From a virus (Duplodnaviria > Caudoviricetes): a stretch of DNA of 34,697 nucleotides. Within the stretch, counting starts at the first letter, position 1, and the number at the start of each line of letters is the position of its first letter. The notes below the pieces were generated by a model. The model saw only the letters and a program-made list of their open reading frames with translations. It did no database searches and was not told where the DNA came from. Shown piece after piece: positions 27,331-34,240 of this stretch. The DNA lies in IMG/VR virus record IMGVR_UViG_3300046011_003663, positions 1 through 34,697 of that record; one strand, written 5' to 3'. The position numbers and the translations under genes are program-made.

Positions 27331-27465
27331 ATGGCTGGATGTTATGGAAACGATTCTTTTGATAGATACTGGGAATCACAATTAGACAAATACCTTGATG
27401 AGTACGATGACGATGACGACGATGACGATCTAGATGATCAAGATGATGAAGATGATGAATATTAA
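27331..27465 (+). CDS. 44-aa highly acidic protein
   Basis: MAGCYGNDSFDRYWESQLDKYLDEYDDDDDDDDLDDQDDEDDEY; starts 2 nt after the previous stop; not in the ORF track. Confidence 0.75.
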   Translation: MAGCYGNDSFDRYWESQLDKYLDEYDDDDDDDDLDDQDDEDDEY

Positions 27466-27494
27466 CGATTAAATAATAAATAAAAATCAAAACA

Positions 27495-27701
27495 ATGGAA
27501 ACTAAAACAAAACACATAGAAGAACATTTAAATAGATACGGATCTATTACTTCATGGATAGCATTTGAGAAATATCAAGTAACAAGATTAAGTTCTATTA
27601 TACATAGATTTCGTAAACGTGGAATGGTTATAAACTCGTTACCAGTAGAAGATAATAAATATGTTAAATACATTTTAATTAGTCAAAATGGAGCAATTTA
27701 A
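27495..27701 (+). CDS. Winged helix-turn-helix protein (HTH_39-like)
   Basis: HL...GSITSW.AF..Y.VTRLSSII..FRK.G..I. Confidence 0.8.
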   Translation: METKTKHIEEHLNRYGSITSWIAFEKYQVTRLSSIIHRFRKRGMVINSLPVEDNKYVKYILISQNGAI

Positions 27702-27882
27702 ACCATTAATAGAAAATTATTCTATATCTAACTTAGGAAATGTAAGAAATGACAACACAGGACGTATTTTAAAGCACATTAAAAAGCATAAAAGAAACGT
27801 TTGTAAGGTTACTTTAACTTTAGAAAATAATTCAGTTAAAAAGGATATTTATCCAATTAGCTTATCAAAAAAAATATTTTAA
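27688..27882 (+). CDS. NUMOD4-motif protein lacking an HNH domain
   Basis: FKPL...YSISNLGNVRN..TGRILK. Confidence 0.65.
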   Translation: MEQFKPLIENYSISNLGNVRNDNTGRILKHIKKHKRNVCKVTLTLENNSVKKDIYPISLSKKIF

Positions 27883-28043
27883 TGAATTACGCAATAAAAT
27901 TAATAGAATATGAAATTAAATTATTACAACGCTGTTTAAACGAATGGGAGTGTAATGAGTATAAAGAAGCTAAAAAAGAACGTGATAAACGTTTAAATGA
28001 ATTAAATGAAGCATTAATTAAATTAAAAAACAGTTATAATTAA
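27882..28043 (+). CDS. Hypothetical coiled-coil protein (53 aa)
   Basis: Translated by hand, MNYAIKLIEYEIKLLQRCLNEW...; TAATG coupling. Confidence 0.6.
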   Translation: MNYAIKLIEYEIKLLQRCLNEWECNEYKEAKKERDKRLNELNEALIKLKNSYN

Positions 28044-28054
28044 ACAATAATTAT

Positions 28055-28062
28055 TATATTTG
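28055..28062 (+). promoter_or_regulatory. -7 promoter element of the replication operon
   Basis: TATATTTG. Confidence 0.7.
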
Positions 28063-28065
28063 CGA

Positions 28066-28160
28066 TGTGTTAGGTCGGAAACCATAGTAACACGATAAAG
28101 ATATTTGCCTTATCAATTTGTAGACTTCCGACCTCTACATTTTGATAGGGCTTTTTTTTT
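28066..28160 (+). ncRNA. Structured leader RNA: two hairpins with complementary loops, the second a terminator
   Basis: gtgtta/taacac stem; gccttatcaa..tgtaga/tctaca..ttgatagggc stem plus T9; aggtcggaa complementary to ttccgacct. Confidence 0.7.
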
Positions 28161-28186
28161 GTTTAAATAAATTAAATTAAATTAAA

Positions 28187-28405
28187 ATGAACAAGCAAGA
28201 ATTAATTGAAGAAATGACACATTACATGCGATGTGTAAGTGGTAAGGTTTTTGTTTCAGAAATGGAACATGAAAACCAATTAAAAGGAGTTATGATTGGA
28301 GTTGAAAACATGCACAAAAGATGGGAAATTCCAATAATGCTTGATAAAAAAGAATTACATAGATTTATCGGAGTATTACTACATGTTCAAGCTAAATTAA
28401 AATAG
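28187..28405 (+). CDS. Hypothetical protein, first gene of the replication operon
   Basis: ORF after the leader. Confidence 0.7.
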   Translation: MNKQELIEEMTHYMRCVSGKVFVSEMEHENQLKGVMIGVENMHKRWEIPIMLDKKELHRFIGVLLHVQAKLK

Positions 28406-28410
28406 TAATC

Positions 28411-29154
28411 ATGAGTACTTGGATAAAATTAGATAGGGATGTTGTAAAGCATTGGATATTTAAAGATGAATGGAAGTTTAAGTGCTGGATTGATTTACTT
28501 GTGTCAGCAAATTATTCAGAAAATAAAATTGAAATTAAAGGTGTGTTATTAACTTGTAAAAGAGGTGAATTATTGTATAGTTTAGACTCACTTTCTGCAC
28601 GTTGGAACAGCAATAAATCAAAGGTTAGACGGTTTCTAAAGTTGCTTGAAAGTGATTCAATGATTGAACTAAAATCGGAACAAGTAACGACACGAATAAC
28701 TATTTGTAAATATGATAGTTATCAAGGGGAGCGAAACGCAGATGAAACACAAACGAAACACAAACGAAACGCAAACGAAACGCAAACGACACCAATTAAA
28801 GAAAGAAAGAAAAAAGAAGAAAGAAAAGAAGTAAACAATACTATTCCTTTGCTTGGTGAATTTTTAGATTATGCCTTAAATCAAAAACCAACTGTAGATA
28901 TTGAAAAGGTAAAAAGAAAATATGAAGCTTGGAAATTGAATGGTTGGCAAATTCAAAGAAATAATAAACTAGAGCCAATCTTAAACTGGAAAACAACCTT
29001 AAATAATACAATTCCACATTTAGGAGAGATACTAGTTTCAAATAATGGTAAATTTTTAAGTTATGCAGAAAGCATTGGGAATCCAAAACCTAATTTGAGT
29101 TATGAAGAACTTATGGAGTTAGAAACACAAAATAAATTAAGCGATGGTAAATGA
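28411..29154 (+). CDS. Replication initiator (replisome-organiser / lambda O-like)
   Basis: WIKLDR, W..LL..AN, KRGE...S...LS.RW...KVRRFLK.LE...MI, ITICKYD.YQ; internal iterons. Confidence 0.85.
   Translation: MSTWIKLDRDVVKHWIFKDEWKFKCWIDLLVSANYSENKIEIKGVLLTCKRGELLYSLDSLSARWNSNKSKVRRFLKLLESDSMIELKSEQVTTRITICKYDSYQGERNADETQTKHKRNANETQTTPIKERKKKEERKEVNNTIPLLGEFLDYALNQKPTVDIEKVKRKYEAWKLNGWQIQRNNKLEPILNWKTTLNNTIPHLGEILVSNNGKFLSYAESIGNPKPNLSYEELMELETQNKLSDGK
28733..28792 (+). repeat. Five 11-bp iterons (gaaacRcaRaY) plus a partial copy; probable replication origin
   Basis: gaaacgcagat gaaacacaaac gaaacacaaac gaaacgcaaac gaaacgcaaac gacac, followed by an A-rich tract. Confidence 0.8.
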
Positions 29155-30937
29155 GTTTTTAGAGATTGGAATTATTGCAAAGGGAAATAGACCAAGTCAG
29201 AAAGTAGTTTGTCCTAACTGTATTAAAATCGGTAAAACAAACATAAAAGATACTTGTCTTTCGATTGATTTAGATTTAGGAGTTTATAATTGCCACAAAT
29301 GTTCATGGAGTGGAAGTGTTAAAAAAAGAGAATTAAAACAAATGAATTACGTAAAACCAACAAAACATAATTTCACAAAGCTATCAGACAAAGCACTTGA
29401 ATTATTTACACAACGTGGAATATCACAAAGCGTAGTAATGGATAATAAGATTGTTATGTCTAAAGACGGCCAAAGCATTATATTTCCTTATATCAGAAAT
29501 GGTGAATTAATAAATTACAAACAAAGATTTATTGATAAGAAAGATTTTAGACAAGGTAAAGATGCAGAACCAATCATGTATAATTATGACAGATGTACTA
29601 ATCAAAGTGAGATTATTATCTGTGAAGGTGAGTTTGATTGCTTAGCATTTGAAGAAGCTGGATTTACTAATGTAACTTCTGTGAATCAAGGTGCGCCTAA
29701 TGAAAATGATACTAACGTAGATAAAAAGTTAGAATGTATTACAAATTGCTATGAATTGTTTGAAAACACAGAGAAAATATACATTGCAGTAGATAATGAC
29801 ACTAACGGAAGGAGATTAAAAGATGAGTTGATTCGTAGGTTTGGTGCAGAGAAATGCTTTTTGATTGATTTTAACGATTGTAAAGATGCGAATGAATACT
29901 TGATAAGGAATAATAAGTTTATGCTCGCAGAACTCATTAAAACAGCAAAAGAAGTACCTTTAGATGGTGTATTCACAGCTAACGATGAAAGAATTGCTAT
30001 GTTAGATAGTTTTCGTAATGGTAAAAAGAGAGGTCAAACAACGCATTGGAAGGATATTGATAAGGCATGGACTTGGAGAACTGGAGAGGTTACTATCTGG
30101 ACTGGTTACCAAAATGAAGGTAAATCTTTATTCCTTCAAAGTTTATGTTTACTTCGTGCTTTCCATGATAATGAAACGTTTGCTTTTTTTAGTCCTGAGA
30201 ATATTCCTATTTCTGATTTTTTCGACGATTTAATTGAAACATTTGTAGGTAAATCAACAGATCCACATTACAAAAGCAATCAAATGGGTGAGAAAGAATA
30301 CTTGGATAGTATTGATTTTTTATCTGAAAAGTTTTTTATGATTTATCCACCTAAAGATTTTGAGTTTGAAACTATATTAGAACGTGCTAAATATCTAGTT
30401 AGAAGAAAGGGTATTAGACATTTAATATTAGATCCATACAATACGATTGAGCATAAGATGAAACATGGTGAGAGAGAGGATTTATATATTTCTAGATTTA
30501 TGTCTGAATTAAAGAGGTTTGCGATTGCAAATGATATAGGTATTCATTTAGTGGCACACCAATTAACACCTCAAAAAGATGCAAATGGAAAATATTTAAG
30601 ACCAGATTTGAATAGAATTAAAGGTGGTGGTACATTTTCAGATAAAGCAGATAATGTTAATTTTGTTTGGAGACCAAATAGAGCATTGGATTTTTCAGAT
30701 ACTGAGGTTGTTTTTGGTTCTCAAAAGATAAAAAAACAGAAATTAACTGGTACTCCACAAGATATAATTAATATTAATTTTAAACGTAAAACAAACAGAT
30801 ATTACATTGGAGATAAAAGTCCTTTTGATGATGTTGATTGGATATTAAGTAGAATTAAAGAACCAACACAACAAGAAATAACATTTAATTTAAAACCTAA
30901 CAGAGATTTTGATGAAGAAACAGATATTCCCTTTTAG
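29144..30937 (+). CDS. Primase-helicase (T7 gp4 / Twinkle-like)
   Basis: CPNC..CHKC zinc domain; TOPRIM EGEFD, DND, KDANE; Walker A GYQNEGKS; LILDPYN, LVAHQ, DKADN. Confidence 0.92.
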   Translation: MVNEFLEIGIIAKGNRPSQKVVCPNCIKIGKTNIKDTCLSIDLDLGVYNCHKCSWSGSVKKRELKQMNYVKPTKHNFTKLSDKALELFTQRGISQSVVMDNKIVMSKDGQSIIFPYIRNGELINYKQRFIDKKDFRQGKDAEPIMYNYDRCTNQSEIIICEGEFDCLAFEEAGFTNVTSVNQGAPNENDTNVDKKLECITNCYELFENTEKIYIAVDNDTNGRRLKDELIRRFGAEKCFLIDFNDCKDANEYLIRNNKFMLAELIKTAKEVPLDGVFTANDERIAMLDSFRNGKKRGQTTHWKDIDKAWTWRTGEVTIWTGYQNEGKSLFLQSLCLLRAFHDNETFAFFSPENIPISDFFDDLIETFVGKSTDPHYKSNQMGEKEYLDSIDFLSEKFFMIYPPKDFEFETILERAKYLVRRKGIRHLILDPYNTIEHKMKHGEREDLYISRFMSELKRFAIANDIGIHLVAHQLTPQKDANGKYLRPDLNRIKGGGTFSDKADNVNFVWRPNRALDFSDTEVVFGSQKIKKQKLTGTPQDIININFKRKTNRYYIGDKSPFDDVDWILSRIKEPTQQEITFNLKPNRDFDEETDIPF

Positions 30938-31100
30938 TTATAAAAAACTATTAGAAACAATAGATTATTTAGAGCAAGAAAATAAATTTTTGCAAATGAA
31001 GTTAGAAACAAGCCAAGAGTATAAAAACGGTTATATTAAAGGTTTTGTAAGTGGTTACATGAAAAAAATGGAAAAATGCGAATTGACGAACAAGAAATAA
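30909..31100 (+). CDS. Hypothetical protein
   Basis: Coiled segment and Y..GY..GF..GY repeat. Confidence 0.6.
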   Translation: MMKKQIFPFSYKKLLETIDYLEQENKFLQMKLETSQEYKNGYIKGFVSGYMKKMEKCELTNKK

Positions 31101-31201
31101 AAGAAATGATAAGTTATATGAAAGTGATGATATATTTTGTAATCATTGGTTTTGTATCGGTAGTTAGTTTATTAGGATTATTAATAGGTTTTTTGATATA
31201 G
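31076..31201 (+). CDS. Small single-TM protein (41 aa; start uncertain)
   Basis: MRIDEQEIKEMISYMKVMIYFVIIGFVSVVSLLGLLIGFLI, translated by hand; fills the gap. Confidence 0.5.
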   Translation: MRIDEQEIKEMISYMKVMIYFVIIGFVSVVSLLGLLIGFLI

Positions 31202-31203
31202 TT

Positions 31204-32220
31204 ATGAATGTAATATCACTATTTAACGGGATGAATACAGGTAGACAAGCCTTAGAAAATGTCGGAATAAAAGTAAATAAATACTATTCAAGTGAGATTA
31301 AACCATACGCAATAGAATTGACACAATATCACTTTCCTGACACTATACAAGTTGGCGATGTAACTAAATGGAAAGAGTGGGATATTGATTGGAAAAGCAT
31401 TGATTTAATATTAAGCGGATCACCTTGTCAAGATTTAAGTGCAGCAGGTAAACGTGCGGGGATAAATGGTAAGAAGTCTAGTTTGTTTTTTACATTTGTT
31501 GACATATTAAACCATATCAAGTCACTTAATCCAAACGTATTATTCCTACAGGAAAATGTAGGTAGTGCTAGTAAATTAGATGTAGGTATTATGAGTCGTG
31601 AATTAGGTGTTTATCCTGTACGTATCAATTCAAAGTTAGTAGTAGCACAAATGAGGGATAGATATTATTGGACTAACATACGTACAAAAGAAACAATGTT
31701 TGACATGGTTGTTGATATACCAGAGCCAAAAGACCGTAAAATTTGTTTAAAAGATATTCTTGAAAATGGATATAGTGAAAAACATAAAGCAATGTGTTTA
31801 TTAGAATCTAATTCAAGACCATTAAGCACACCATCTAAAATGGCACGTAGATATTTCGAAATAGGAATGGCTAATTTATTATTTAAAGATGAACAAACAT
31901 ATTTAAGAGTTAAAGAAGCGACTTCTATTGGATTTGTAGATATAGCAAATAATGAAGCAGTTGACTTAAGTTATCCTACATCAACAACTAGAAGAGGAAG
32001 ATCTATGAAGGATAAATCAAACTGTCTATTGCGTAATAATGAATATTTTGTTTTCCAAGATGGAGATATTAGATATTTTACACAAACAGAACTTGAAAGA
32101 TTGCAAGGTTTTGAAGATGGATATACAAGTATTTTAACAAGAAATCAAGCAGCGTGTTTATTAGGGGATGGTTGGACATTACCAGTAATTGAGCATATAT
32201 TTAGTTTTATTAAAAAATAG
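31204..32220 (+). CDS. DNA (cytosine-5) methyltransferase, orphan
   Basis: Motif I SLFNG, GSPCQ, ENV, Q.R.RYYW, ERLQGF, LGDGW. Confidence 0.93.
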   Translation: MNVISLFNGMNTGRQALENVGIKVNKYYSSEIKPYAIELTQYHFPDTIQVGDVTKWKEWDIDWKSIDLILSGSPCQDLSAAGKRAGINGKKSSLFFTFVDILNHIKSLNPNVLFLQENVGSASKLDVGIMSRELGVYPVRINSKLVVAQMRDRYYWTNIRTKETMFDMVVDIPEPKDRKICLKDILENGYSEKHKAMCLLESNSRPLSTPSKMARRYFEIGMANLLFKDEQTYLRVKEATSIGFVDIANNEAVDLSYPTSTTRRGRSMKDKSNCLLRNNEYFVFQDGDIRYFTQTELERLQGFEDGYTSILTRNQAACLLGDGWTLPVIEHIFSFIKK

Positions 32221-32226
32221 TTAGTT

Positions 32227-32463
32227 ATGAATAATAATAAAAGAATAAAATTTATAAGAGGTATTTTATACCCAGCAGTAGCAAAAGCTTTTGAAGTAGA
32301 TGTATTAGATATTGACTTTGTAGTAAAAGATAAATATACTTTTACAAGTTATAAAGATTTAGAAGCAGAACAACTAGATGAGATAATTAATATGTTAGAT
32401 CAAATGTTGTTGAGTAAAGGGATAGATATAAATGAAAATTATTGTGAAGCAGTTAAAAGATAA
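32227..32463 (+). CDS. Hypothetical protein
   Basis: ORF in the operon. Confidence 0.65.
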   Translation: MNNNKRIKFIRGILYPAVAKAFEVDVLDIDFVVKDKYTFTSYKDLEAEQLDEIINMLDQMLLSKGIDINENYCEAVKR

Positions 32464-32986
32464 GAAATGTAAGGTGTGTTCAGTATTGTTTACACCTTTA
32501 CGACCTTTACAGGCGTGCTGTACGTGGGAGTGTGCTAATATCTATGCTAAGGAACTAAACGAAAAGAAAGAAAAAAAAGACTGGCAAAAAAGAAAAGCTA
32601 CATTAAAAAAAGAACTTCTTAGTTTATCCGATTGGTTAAAATTAGCACAACAAGTATTTAATAAATACATTCGTGAAAGAGATAAGAACCAATTATGTAT
32701 AAGTTGTGGCAATCAAATTAATGGGGTTAAACACGCATCTCACTTTTTATCTTCAGGAGGTCATTCAAATGTAAGATTTCATGAAGATAATGTTTGGGTA
32801 AGTTGCTATAAGTGTAACGTCATGCTTAGTGGTAATCAAATTGAATATAGGAAAAGATTAATTCAAAAGATAGGTTTAGAACGTGTCGAATGGTTAGAAA
32901 ATAATGGTAGTAAAGAACGTAAATATAACATTGAGGAAATTAAAGAGTTAATTGAAGTTTATAAAAATAAATTGAAAAATATTTAA
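32432..32986 (+). CDS. ninG: NinG/Rap-family recombination endonuclease
   Basis: CKVC, Q..C...C, AQ.VFNKYIRERD, CISCG, H..HF, RFHEDN, C..CN..LSGN..EY. Confidence 0.9.
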   Translation: MKIIVKQLKDKKCKVCSVLFTPLRPLQACCTWECANIYAKELNEKKEKKDWQKRKATLKKELLSLSDWLKLAQQVFNKYIRERDKNQLCISCGNQINGVKHASHFLSSGGHSNVRFHEDNVWVSCYKCNVMLSGNQIEYRKRLIQKIGLERVEWLENNGSKERKYNIEEIKELIEVYKNKLKNI

Positions 32987-33026
32987 TATTACATTTGTTT
33001 ATTAAAAGTAATATATTATCTTTGTC
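32987..33026 (+). promoter_or_regulatory. Early promoter B (-33 TTTG, 19 nt, -7 TATCTTTG)
   Basis: First 20 nt identical to promoter A. Confidence 0.8.
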
Positions 33027-33029
33027 AAA

Positions 33030-33066
33030 AGTTCTTTGAATTAATGGTTTGAATCTCAATCGAGAT
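33030..33066 (+). promoter_or_regulatory. boxA-like element plus a small hairpin
   Basis: agttctttgaa at the transcript 5' end; atctc-aatc-gagat at 33053-33066. Confidence 0.45.
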
Positions 33067-33097
33067 AAGGGAAATAAAACTAAAAAAACTAAATTTT

Positions 33098-33625
33098 ATG
33101 AGTAAAAATATATATACGCGTCTTTTAGATGCAAAAAAATCTATTGGCAAGGTTGTTAAAAATGCCAAAAATCCACACTATAAAAATACCTATGCAGATT
33201 TAAATGCATTAATAGAAACAGTTGAACCTATATTGTTAGAAAATGGTTTGCTACTACTACAACCAATTATAAATGGTAAAGTAGTTACACAAATTATAGA
33301 TGTGGAAACTTCTGAAAAATTAGAATCAATAATTGAGTTAGATGCAAAATTAAATGCACAGCAACAAGGCTCACAAATTACATATTATCGCAGATATACT
33401 TTACAAAGTATTTTATCTTTACAAGCCGTTGATGATGATGGACAATTAGCAAGTACACCAAAGCAACAAGCTAAACCAGTTATCAATGAAGCACAATTTG
33501 AAAAGGCAATAGAACGTATATTAGCTGGTGAGTTTGATTTAATTGCTAAGATTGAACAAACATACGAGTTAACAGGTCAACAAGCCTTAGAGTTAAAATC
33601 AATTGAAAATTTAAAACATGAGTAA
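33098..33625 (+). CDS. erf: ERF-family single-strand annealing protein
   Basis: K...NPHYK..YADL, Q.QGSQITYYRRYTL, DDDG. Confidence 0.9.
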   Translation: MSKNIYTRLLDAKKSIGKVVKNAKNPHYKNTYADLNALIETVEPILLENGLLLLQPIINGKVVTQIIDVETSEKLESIIELDAKLNAQQQGSQITYYRRYTLQSILSLQAVDDDGQLASTPKQQAKPVINEAQFEKAIERILAGEFDLIAKIEQTYELTGQQALELKSIENLKHE

Positions 33626-33776
33626 AACAGCAGAATTCTACAGAACTCCATCTCAAGACGAGGTGGAGCATGAAGAAAGGTTAGAATACTTAGAATGGTA
33701 TCAAAATCAAAAACAAAATAATAATAATCAAAACGAAAACCAAAATGGAAACAAAAGCACTTTATCAAATAAGTAA
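33618..33776 (+). CDS. Small N/Q-rich hypothetical protein (52 aa)
   Basis: MSKTAEFYRTPSQDEVEHEERLEYLEWYQNQKQNNNNQNENQNGNK...; overlaps both neighbours. Confidence 0.55.
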   Translation: MSKTAEFYRTPSQDEVEHEERLEYLEWYQNQKQNNNNQNENQNGNKSTLSNK

Positions 33777-34239
33777 TGAGTACTTAGACTTAATTAACCA
33801 AGTTGAATTAGCAGAAGGTGAGTTAACAGAAGAACTAGAACAAGCTTTACAAATCAATAAAAACGAATTAGAAGTAAAGTCTATTGCTTATGTAGAATAT
33901 ATAAAATCAAAAGAAAGTTTTAACGAACGTATAAATGAAGAAATAAAAAGATTACAATCTATTAAGAAATCAAATGAAAATCTAATTGATAAGTTAAAGA
34001 CTAATTTAGTTAGTGCTGTTAATTTATATGGATCATTCAAAAGTGGTTTTTTAACATTTGGAGTACGAAAATCTAAATCTGTAGAAATTGATGGTGATGT
34101 AAATGATATTCCAAAGCAATATAAAACGATTAAAGTAACGGAAACACCTGATAAATTAGCAATTAAAAAAGCTTTAGAAAACGGTGAGCATATTCCAAAT
34201 TGTTACATAGTAGAAAAACAAAATATATCAATAAAATAA
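33745..34239 (+). CDS. Siphovirus Gp157-family protein
   Basis: LYQI..EY..L, EEIKRL, RKSKSVEI, PDKLAIKKALENG..IP. Confidence 0.88.
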   Translation: METKALYQISNEYLDLINQVELAEGELTEELEQALQINKNELEVKSIAYVEYIKSKESFNERINEEIKRLQSIKKSNENLIDKLKTNLVSAVNLYGSFKSGFLTFGVRKSKSVEIDGDVNDIPKQYKTIKVTETPDKLAIKKALENGEHIPNCYIVEKQNISIK

Positions 34240-34240
34240 T

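Noticed and set aside
27329-27517. Minus-strand His/Arg-rich ORF
   Set aside because: Shadow of the gat/gac-rich acidic plus-strand ORF
25780-28043. Lysogeny module
   Set aside because: No integrase, ParA or divergent CI/Cro pair recognised; the HTH genes are co-oriented in an early operon
28066-28160. tRNA gene
   Set aside because: No cloverleaf or T-arm consensus; the fold is two hairpins plus a U-tract
31204-32986. Restriction-modification system (MTase plus downstream nuclease)
   Set aside because: The nuclease is NinG-like; orphan MTases are routine in phages
1744-33768. Other short minus-strand or nested ORFs in the track (e.g. 1744, 2278, 6887, 7452, 7481, 8053, 10368, 12258, 13158, 14916, 17724, 19391, 19978, 20553, 21752, 21967, 22829, 25958, 28841, 29749, 30018, 33577)
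   Set aside because: They overlap well-supported genes, have no recognisable motifs and show antisense-like composition
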